Assembly: GCA_016193315.1 (NCBI GenBank) | Contig: JACPSJ010000001.1 | Coordinates: 219,981-283,980, forward strand | DNA from: Candidatus Kerfeldbacteria bacterium | GTDB taxonomy: Bacteria > Patescibacteriota > Patescibacteriia > SBBC01 > CAIJZX01 | Direction: 5' to 3' | Length of the DNA: 64,000 bases | In this document: positions 46,637 through 53,919 of the stretch, one piece after another | Position numbering within the stretch: position 1 is the stretch's first letter | Layout of the letters: every line of letters starts with the position of its first letter | Program-made: the position numbers and the translations under genes | The notes under the pieces: model-generated | Database searches by the model: none | What the model saw: only the letters and a program-made list of their open reading frames with translations | Told to the model about the DNA's origin: nothing

Positions 46637-47365
46637 TTGTCCATGGCCATAACCAAAACAAAGGAGAAGACCCGGCGGGCTAAGGCCGCCATCCCCACCC
46701 AGCAATACCTAGATATTCTGGAGATTCGTGACGATACCGTCGTCCTGCGCGACGGGACATTGCGCGCGGTGCTCCTCGTCTCGTCGATCAACTTCTCGCT
46801 CAAGTCCGAAGAGGAGCAAAACGCCGTCATCCAGGCCTACACCGAGTTCCTCAATACCATTGACTTCCCACTCCAAATCGTTATCCAATCGCGCCGACTC
46901 GACATCGATCACTACCTGGCTGAGCTCGAGCAGCTGGAAAAGCAGCAAACCAATGAGCTCCTACAGTTGCAAACCCGGGACTACCGCCAGTTCGTGGCCG
47001 AACTGGTACAGATTGCCGACATCATGACCAAACGCTTTTATGTGGTCGTCCCGTATTCACCAAAAGTCGACCGCCCGGCTCGTTTCTTCCGCCGCCTCTT
47101 CGACGTCTTCTCTCCGACGGCCACGATCCACCTCAAACAGAAACAATTCGAGACCTTCCGCCAGGAACTATTCAAGCGCGTCGACAACACCACCAACGCG
47201 CTCGACGCGGCCGGTTTGAAGTCGATCGTGGTCGACACCCAAAGTTTGATTGAGTTGTACTACAATTCATACAATCCCGAAACCGCTCGCCAACAGAAAC
47301 TCCAGGCCGTCGATAAAGTGTCGCTCGAGGACGTTTCGAGTATTAAGGAGGACGAACGTCCGTAA
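46637..47365 (+). CDS. Hypothetical protein resembling a VirB4/TrbE N-terminal (CagE_TrbE_VirB-like) domain
   Basis: The pattern IPTQQYLDILEIRDDTVVLRDGTLRAVLLVSSINFSLKSEEEQNAVIQAYTEFLNTIDFPLQIVIQS resembles the N-terminal entry region of VirB4-family ATPases. Confidence 0.3.
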   Translation: MSMAITKTKEKTRRAKAAIPTQQYLDILEIRDDTVVLRDGTLRAVLLVSSINFSLKSEEEQNAVIQAYTEFLNTIDFPLQIVIQSRRLDIDHYLAELEQLEKQQTNELLQLQTRDYRQFVAELVQIADIMTKRFYVVVPYSPKVDRPARFFRRLFDVFSPTATIHLKQKQFETFRQELFKRVDNTTNALDAAGLKSIVVDTQSLIELYYNSYNPETARQQKLQAVDKVSLEDVSSIKEDERP

Positions 47366-47429
47366 CGATTGGTGTTGCCGTTTCCCATGATTACCCCCCT
47401 TCATTCTTACTTGATGAATCTCTAACCGG

Positions 47430-49355
47430 ATGCCAGACATCAATCTCTCGAGCCCGAAAGTTTTTCGCCCCGAACCGGTGGCGTCGGTCCGCGGCGAGCA
47501 ACCGCGGCCGTCCGACGAGCGGGCGCTGATTGAGGCCGAACGGATCTATCGCCGCGGCGTAGTCACTGTCCGCGACCTGATTGCGCCGGCGGCCCTGAAA
47601 GTCGATCCGACGGCCCTGATCCTCAATGGCAAGTACGTCCGCACGCTGTTCGTCATCACCTACCCGCGATACATCTCGGTCGGCTGGTTTGCCCCGATCA
47701 TCAATTTCAACGCCCCGCTCGACGTCGCCATGTTCTTCTATCCCATCCAGTCCGACATCATCCTCAAGCAGTTGAAGAACAAAGTCGGCGCCCTCGAAGC
47801 CCAGCTGTCGGCCGATATCCAAAAGGGCGCGCCCCGTGATCCGATGCGTGAAACCGCGCTGCGCGATATTGAGAAGCTGCGGGACGACTTGACGCAAGGG
47901 ACCGAGAAATTCTTCCAGTTTGCCCTCTACGTGACGCTCTACGCCGACAAGCTCGAACAGCTGAACGAAATGACCAGCAAGATCGAGTCACATTTCGGCT
48001 CGCGCCTGGTCTATTCCAAGCGGGCCTTCTTTCAAACCGAGCAGGGTTTCACCTCGACCTTGCCGATCGGCCTCGACCAGCTCCAAGTGACGTTCAACAT
48101 GAATTCGTCGCCGATCGCCTCCAGCTTCCCGTTCGTCTCGGCCGACTTGTCGAGCGATAGCGGCGTGCTGTACGGCATTAATCGGCACAATAATTCGCTC
48201 ATCCTGTTCGACCGCTTCTCGCTCCAGAACGCTAACTATACGGTTTTCGCCAGCGCCGGCGCTGGCAAGTCATACGCGGTGAAATTGGAGATTATCCGCA
48301 GCATGATGTTCGGTACCGAGATCATCGTCATCGACCCGGAACACGAATACAAGTATTTGTCCGACGCGGTCGGCGGCACCTACATCAACGTCTCGCTCAA
48401 CTCGGAGAGCAAGATCAACCCCTTTGACTTGCCGAAGCCGATCAGCGGCGAGGAAACGACGTCGGACATCATCCGCTCGGCGGTCATCACGCTCAAGTCG
48501 GTGTTCCGCCTGATGCTCGGCGATCTGACCCACGAAGAGGATTCGATCCTCGATCGGGCCCTGCTCGAGACGTACGCCAAGAAAGACATCACTCCGGACG
48601 CCGATCTGCAGAACGTCGAAGTGCCGGTGATGTCCGACTTCGAAGATGTTCTCGGCGGCATGACTGGGGCCGAACGCATGGCTGAACGGCTGAAAAAATA
48701 CACCCAGGGCACGTTCGCCGGCCTGTTCAACAGCCCGACGAACATCGAGCTCAATAATCAGCTGGTCGTCTTCTCGGTCCGCGATCTGGAAGACGAGCTG
48801 CGGCCGATCGGCATCTCCATCATCATCAGCTACATCTGGAACGTTGCCCGCTCGAGCCTGAAGAAGCGGTTGCTGATTATTGACGAGGCCTGGTGGCTAA
48901 TGCAACACGAAGATTCGGCCAAGTTCATCTACGGCCTGGTCAAGCGCTCGCGAAAATACTACCTCGGAGTGACGACTATTACCCAGGACGTCAACGACTT
49001 CTTGCTCTCACCATACGGCCAAGCGATCATCAATAACTCGGCCTTGACGCTACTGATGAAGCAGTCGCCGGCGGCCATCGACATTGTCAGCAAGACCTTT
49101 CTCCTGACCCAGCAGGAACGTTATTTGCTGCTCGAAGCCGGCGTGGGCGAAGGGATTTTCTTCGCCGGCCCGAAGCACGCCGCCATCAAGGTCGTCGCCT
49201 CCTACGGCGAACACCAAATCGTGACCACCAATCCGGCCGAGCTGCTGGAGATTGAACGAGCCAAGAAGGAGTTCGAGCAATCAGTCGCCTCTGGCACCGC
49301 CACCAATGTCGGCTCGGCCATCGCCGACGTCCGTGAGTTAGAAACAGTGACCTAA
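47430..49355 (+). CDS. VirB4/TrbE/TraC-family type IV secretion ATPase
   Basis: Gram-positive-type VirB4 N-terminal motif KYVRTLFVITYPRYISVGWFAPIINF, Walker A SAGAGKSY and Walker B LLIIDEAWWLM (DEAW). Confidence 0.85.
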   Translation: MPDINLSSPKVFRPEPVASVRGEQPRPSDERALIEAERIYRRGVVTVRDLIAPAALKVDPTALILNGKYVRTLFVITYPRYISVGWFAPIINFNAPLDVAMFFYPIQSDIILKQLKNKVGALEAQLSADIQKGAPRDPMRETALRDIEKLRDDLTQGTEKFFQFALYVTLYADKLEQLNEMTSKIESHFGSRLVYSKRAFFQTEQGFTSTLPIGLDQLQVTFNMNSSPIASSFPFVSADLSSDSGVLYGINRHNNSLILFDRFSLQNANYTVFASAGAGKSYAVKLEIIRSMMFGTEIIVIDPEHEYKYLSDAVGGTYINVSLNSESKINPFDLPKPISGEETTSDIIRSAVITLKSVFRLMLGDLTHEEDSILDRALLETYAKKDITPDADLQNVEVPVMSDFEDVLGGMTGAERMAERLKKYTQGTFAGLFNSPTNIELNNQLVVFSVRDLEDELRPIGISIIISYIWNVARSSLKKRLLIIDEAWWLMQHEDSAKFIYGLVKRSRKYYLGVTTITQDVNDFLLSPYGQAIINNSALTLLMKQSPAAIDIVSKTFLLTQQERYLLLEAGVGEGIFFAGPKHAAIKVVASYGEHQIVTTNPAELLEIERAKKEFEQSVASGTATNVGSAIADVRELETVT

Positions 49356-49366
49356 CATACATCCCT

Positions 49367-49936
49367 ATGCCCCGTCGACTGCTCATCATCTTGATCGCCT
49401 TGGCGGCCCTGATCATCCCGGTGCTGATCGTCTTGATTGCGGTCGATCGCAGCCCGCAGCTCCAAAATACGGTCCTCAAGTTGTCGAACACCAACCAGGC
49501 AGCCAGTAATACCAATGCCCCGGCGGCGAATGGCAACACCAACGCGGCCACGCCCGAAACCGCCGAAGCCACCGCCATCCGTTTCGTGGCCCGGAACTTC
49601 ACTGAAACGTACGGCAGCGGCACGAACCAGAACGATTACGTCCACCTAACGGCCGCGAAATCATGGGGGACAAAAAGTTTCAACGATTTTCTCGATCGCT
49701 CGGCCGCCCAGCAGCGTTTGACCACCGCCACGCAGCCGTTCCACGGGATCGTCACCAAAGCGCTAGTCTTGACCATCAGCCAACAGTCCTCCCAAACCGC
49801 TTCGTTGACCGTCAGCACCCAGCGGAAGGAAACGATCGATCAAAAGACCGAAGTCTACTACCAAGATTTGTATCTTGATCTAGTTAAGGAGGGTGATGAT
49901 TGGAAGGTAAACGCCGCCTCGTGGTCTCCCCGTTAG
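49367..49936 (+). CDS. Bitopic protein with an N-terminal TM and NTF2-like periplasmic domain, VirB8-like (tentative)
   Basis: TM LLIILIALAALIIPVLIVLIAV, an Asn/Ala-rich linker, and a roughly 120-aa globular domain ending WKVNAASWSP. Confidence 0.3.
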   Translation: MPRRLLIILIALAALIIPVLIVLIAVDRSPQLQNTVLKLSNTNQAASNTNAPAANGNTNAATPETAEATAIRFVARNFTETYGSGTNQNDYVHLTAAKSWGTKSFNDFLDRSAAQQRLTTATQPFHGIVTKALVLTISQQSSQTASLTVSTQRKETIDQKTEVYYQDLYLDLVKEGDDWKVNAASWSPR

Positions 49937-49948
49937 ACTATTCGGACC

Positions 49949-50494
49949 ATGGCCATCGCTGAACAAGAATACCTGGAGGACCCCGAAGATCAGCGCCAAG
50001 CTGAACGTGCCCTTGAACAGCAGCGTTTGTCCGCGCAACGACAGGAACGGGTCAGCCAAGCCCAACCCCGACGTCAGGCGGTTCCGAGCCAGGCTCGAGC
50101 CGCGGCCGAAGCAGCCGAAGGGGCGGCTGAGTTAGCCACGCGGCAGGCCAGACTACGGGCCTGGCAACTGTGGCAGGAGGGGGCGGAAGATGCGGCCATC
50201 GCCTTTGAGGATTTCATGCTCTTCACCGGTCCCTGGGCGACTGGGCTCTATGCCTTCCGGCTCGTTTTCGGCACCCTGCTTCACGTTCCGGGAGTGCCCG
50301 GCTATTCCTGGGCCGAAGGCATCTACCGGACGCCGAAGATTCTGTGGATTATTCTTGTCACGACGGCCATCTACAGCGCTTTGTTCCTGGTGGCCTACTT
50401 CATTTTCCACCCAACTGAAATCATCGTTTTTGGCGTCAACACAGCGTCCGGGTTTTTCTTTGACGTCATCAAGTATTTTAGTCTCGGCACATGA
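49949..50494 (+). CDS. Membrane protein with a charged coiled-coil N-terminus and two C-terminal TM helices
   Basis: QRQ/ER-rich N-terminus; TM segments IILVTTAIYSALFLVAYFIF. Confidence 0.35.
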   Translation: MAIAEQEYLEDPEDQRQAERALEQQRLSAQRQERVSQAQPRRQAVPSQARAAAEAAEGAAELATRQARLRAWQLWQEGAEDAAIAFEDFMLFTGPWATGLYAFRLVFGTLLHVPGVPGYSWAEGIYRTPKILWIILVTTAIYSALFLVAYFIFHPTEIIVFGVNTASGFFFDVIKYFSLGT

Positions 50495-51573
50495 AACTGC
50501 GGTTTCTTATTGTAATGCTGGCCATCGTGGCCGCCCTGTCCGGCCCGGTGATCGCGCAATCGAGCGATACCTCGACGAGCAAGCCGATCGAATTCACGCC
50601 GGAAGTGGAATTGCCGGGCATATTCAGCGGCAAGCAAACCGTCGATCGGAATTTTATCGGCACCTATCTGCGGGCGATTTACGTCTATTTCATCTGGGCG
50701 GTCGGCGCGATGGCCACGGTGATGATCGTCTACGGCGGGATCAAGTGGGTGGCCGCGGCGGGCAACCCCGGCCGCATCCAAGACGCCCGCGACGTCATTA
50801 ACAACGCCATCATCGGCATTATTATTGCCTTAACCTCGGTTGTCCTGCTCAACCTCATCAGCCCGCGGTTTACGATTTTCAGCCTGCCGGATTTGCAGCC
50901 GGTCGAGGCCAAACCTTTTCTCGGGAAGTATAATGCCGCTTACGACTGCTACGAGGAGATCGCTTGTCCCAAGAACTATACTCAAACCCTCGGCGGCCAG
51001 TGTGGATCAGGTGGAGTCTGGGCACATGTCAACCCCGGTCAAATTCCTTGTGGTACCAGGAATGGTGTCTATGCCATTTGCTGCCGGAGGAACGACGGCT
51101 CCGAATGCCGCGGCTATACTTCAGTCAATGGGCGGCAAACATACAGTGGGGAATGCTTCAACGTGACCTCAACTCCGTCTTACACCATCGCCTGCCAAGA
51201 CAGTACTCCGTGCGGACAGGTGAATGGGCGTGATTCGTGTCGGGGCATCTATTGCGGCGCCGACCAAGTCTGCTACCTCAAAGCTCAAACGAGCGGAGTC
51301 TGTATCAACCCTGGCGCTCCTGGAGCCAGCACACGGTATACCTTCACTGGGCTTGAGTGCGGCTCGGGCACAGGTACCATGTTCTTCACCAACGGCATTG
51401 ACTGTGGGCGGCACGCCTCGGGCGAGTTCGAAGGCAGCCCGATCACTGTTTGGGGCACCAAGTCCAGTTGTCCAGCTGGGCAATACTGTAAGGTGCAGCC
51501 GCCGGCCAAGGGTGCAGGCAGTGAGTGTGTGGTTGTTCAGGGAACCGTTTGCTCTCCACTCAATGTTCTTTAA
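50491..51573 (+). CDS. Pilin-like (VirB2/TrbC-like topology) module fused to a roughly 230-aa cysteine-rich extracellular domain
   Basis: Signal peptide, then two hydrophobic helices (YLRAIYVYFIWAVGAMATVMIVYGGIKWVAAAGNPGRIQDARDVINNAIIGIIIALTSVVLLNLISPR), then more than 25 Cys. ATGA overlap with the upstream gene. Confidence 0.5.
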   Translation: MKLRFLIVMLAIVAALSGPVIAQSSDTSTSKPIEFTPEVELPGIFSGKQTVDRNFIGTYLRAIYVYFIWAVGAMATVMIVYGGIKWVAAAGNPGRIQDARDVINNAIIGIIIALTSVVLLNLISPRFTIFSLPDLQPVEAKPFLGKYNAAYDCYEEIACPKNYTQTLGGQCGSGGVWAHVNPGQIPCGTRNGVYAICCRRNDGSECRGYTSVNGRQTYSGECFNVTSTPSYTIACQDSTPCGQVNGRDSCRGIYCGADQVCYLKAQTSGVCINPGAPGASTRYTFTGLECGSGTGTMFFTNGIDCGRHASGEFEGSPITVWGTKSSCPAGQYCKVQPPAKGAGSECVVVQGTVCSPLNVL

Positions 51574-51582
51574 GACTCGGTT

Positions 51583-52827
51583 ATGACCCCCACCCTCCGC
51601 CGCATACTCCTGATCGCCGCTTTCGTCCTCGTGACCCTGGCGTTCTTCTACGTCATTTACCTCGTGTTCTTCAAGCCGACGCCGATTGTGCCGGTCAACA
51701 ATGGAGTGGGGAACGTCAACGGCTTGCCGACGGTTGGCAACGGCAACGTCAATCGGGTCGGCTTGCCGAACGCTAATGCCCTGCCAATCGTCAATGCCGT
51801 ACCCCCTGGCCAGCAGCCTTCCAACGTGGCTGAAGGCGGGCTGACCATCACCGACACGGTCGTGCCCGGGGCGTCGAGCGATCTGACCGTCGGCGGCAAA
51901 GGCTTGCGGTTCTACGACCGCGACCGCGGGCAGTTTTACGAACTCAGTCCGGACGGCACGACCAAGACGCTCTTGACGGACGACGTCTATCGCAGCGTCA
52001 GCGATATCGATTGGTCGCCCAACGGGCAACAAGCCATCCTGTCCTTTCCCGATAACTCAAAGGTGCTCTATGACTTCGAAGCCAAAAAGCAAACCACCCT
52101 GCCTCGTGAACTCAACGATTTCTTCTTCTCACCGCAATCGGACCAGATCGTCTCCAAGTTTTTGAACCCGACCAACGCCGACGATCAGTGGCTGCTGGTC
52201 AGTCGACCGGACGGGTCGCAGTCGGAAACGGTCGAGCACCTGGGGGAAAACGCCAGCCGCGTGACGACCGCCTGGTCGCCGAATAACCAAATCATCGCCA
52301 CCTACCGAAGGTCGACGACCGGAGAGCTATCGGAAATCATTTTTTTGGGCGCCAAGGGCGAGAATTTCCGTTCCGCCACCATCGAGGGCAAAGGGTTCAC
52401 GCCGCTCTGGTCACCGGATGGTCGCCGCCTGCTGTACAGTGCCTACAGCCCGAATACGAATGACAATCCCCACCTCTACATCATGGACGGTTCGCCGGAC
52501 AGTCTGGGCACAAACCTGGTCGATCTTGGCCTCGATACCACCGCTGACAAATGCGCCTTCTCGCAAAGCGCCTACACGATCTACTGCGCCGTGCCGTATT
52601 ACTTGAACGCCGGTTCCGGGCCGCAGCCGGAGCTGTCGGCCGGGGTGCCCGACAACATTTACCGTGTTGATCTGCTCAGCGGCTCAGCCGAAATTATTGC
52701 TCGGCCGGTGGATCGGAACGGCAACCAGCGCTTCAGCGCCGCGAACCTGCGATTGTCTCCCCGAGAAGATCTGCTGTATTTCGTTGACGCCGCGACCGGA
52801 ACGATTCAGAAAATTCAACTCCGCTAG
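51583..52827 (+). CDS. N-terminally anchored TolB-like (PD40/WD40-type) beta-propeller protein
   Basis: TM ILLIAAFVLVTLAFFYVIYLVFF and repeated WSP[ND]G motifs (WSPNGQQAILSF, WSPNNQIIATY, WSPDGRRLLYSA). Confidence 0.5.
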   Translation: MTPTLRRILLIAAFVLVTLAFFYVIYLVFFKPTPIVPVNNGVGNVNGLPTVGNGNVNRVGLPNANALPIVNAVPPGQQPSNVAEGGLTITDTVVPGASSDLTVGGKGLRFYDRDRGQFYELSPDGTTKTLLTDDVYRSVSDIDWSPNGQQAILSFPDNSKVLYDFEAKKQTTLPRELNDFFFSPQSDQIVSKFLNPTNADDQWLLVSRPDGSQSETVEHLGENASRVTTAWSPNNQIIATYRRSTTGELSEIIFLGAKGENFRSATIEGKGFTPLWSPDGRRLLYSAYSPNTNDNPHLYIMDGSPDSLGTNLVDLGLDTTADKCAFSQSAYTIYCAVPYYLNAGSGPQPELSAGVPDNIYRVDLLSGSAEIIARPVDRNGNQRFSAANLRLSPREDLLYFVDAATGTIQKIQLR

Positions 52828-52829
52828 CG

Positions 52830-53756
52830 ATGGGTCGCTGGCTGATCGTCCTGTGGCTGGCCGGTTGGGCGACCGGGGTGACCGCTCAGTCCGACATACC
52901 GCTCGTTCCCGAACCAAAAGCCATTGATTTCAAGCCGGAGGTGCCGCTGCCGACATTTGCCGGCGGACCGATCAGCGCCGCCACCTTTGCCGAGTACATC
53001 CGCGCGGTGTTTGTGGCTTTTGTCTGGATCGTCGGTATTCTAGCCGTGGTGATGGTCGTCTACGGCGGGGTCAAGTGGGTGGCCGCCGCCGGCAATCCCG
53101 GGCGGATCACCGACGCGCGGGAAACAGTCAACAGCGCCATCATCGGGCTGATCATTGCCTTGGTATCAGTCGTGCTGCTCAACCTGATCAGCCCCCGCCT
53201 GACCCAATTTCCCGGTCTGACCCTGTTGTCGGTCAAAGGAACGCCCTTAGAATTTGACAACGTCGTCGGCATCCACGGCGAAGGCCAAGCTGGGCAGGCG
53301 TGCAACTTGCATACCGACAAATCCTGCCAGCTATTCAATGTGACGATGAGCTGGCCGGTTAGTAACGTCACGGAGCGCGGGATTAGCAGCCCGATCGGGC
53401 CCCGGCGGGTCGTGGGCGCAGCCAGCGCCTCGTCCTGCCACCCGGGCACCGATTTTAAGACCGATCGTCAAACCGGCAAAGAAGTTCGAGCCATGCACAG
53501 CGGAACGATTCGTCTCGATCCCAGGCGGCCGTGTAATGAAGCGGCACTGTTTGTGGACGGCGATGGGTTCTCCACGCGCTACGTTCACATCTCCAGTGTG
53601 GCGGTGCGGGAAGGTCAAAAGGTCCGCCCGGGTGATCTAATCGGTTACAGTGGCGGCGACCCCAAAGTGGCCGGCAACTGCAGTTCCGCGCCGCACCTGC
53701 ACGTCGAGCTCTACATTCTCAACCGGCTGGCTGATGTCGCGGCCTGTATTGACTAG
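52830..53756 (+). CDS. Pilin-like module, paralogous to 50491-51573, fused to an M23 (LytM) peptidase domain
   Basis: N-module about 80% identical to the paralog (VYGGVKWVAAAGNPGRITDARETVNSAIIGLIIALVSVVLLNLISPR). M23 motifs CHPGTDFKTD (HxxxD) and SAPHLHVELY (HxH). Confidence 0.6.
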   Translation: MGRWLIVLWLAGWATGVTAQSDIPLVPEPKAIDFKPEVPLPTFAGGPISAATFAEYIRAVFVAFVWIVGILAVVMVVYGGVKWVAAAGNPGRITDARETVNSAIIGLIIALVSVVLLNLISPRLTQFPGLTLLSVKGTPLEFDNVVGIHGEGQAGQACNLHTDKSCQLFNVTMSWPVSNVTERGISSPIGPRRVVGAASASSCHPGTDFKTDRQTGKEVRAMHSGTIRLDPRRPCNEAALFVDGDGFSTRYVHISSVAVREGQKVRPGDLIGYSGGDPKVAGNCSSAPHLHVELYILNRLADVAACID

Positions 53757-53917
53757 AACTCATTTCAAAACCTCATTTTGGCTGCCAGGCCCGGTTTCGG
53801 GCTGCGGCTGGCGGCTCGGGCTCAGTGTATCTCCAATACATTTCACCCTCCGCCGCAGCGCCTCGCCCGCGAAACCGACCATTTCACCATGAAAGCAGGT
53901 TTTGAAATGAGTTCTAG
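53753..53917. repeat. 165-bp element bounded by perfect 21-bp inverted repeats, placed exactly between two convergent stop codons
   Basis: CTAGAACTCATTTCAAAACCT (53753-53773) and AGGTTTTGAAATGAGTTCTAG (53897-53917) are perfect reverse complements. Both arms include the TAG of the adjacent gene (52830-53756 on the plus strand; recG on the minus strand). The interior has the GCCCGGTTTCGGGC hairpin and direct repeats. Confidence 0.55.
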
Positions 53918-53919
53918 GC

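Noticed and set aside
46637-49355. Treating 46637-47365 and 47430-49355 as one frameshifted VirB4
   Set aside because: The second ORF already begins with a recognisable VirB4 N-terminal motif, and the 65-nt gap contains stops in all frames. Kept as two genes, with the relationship flagged as uncertain.
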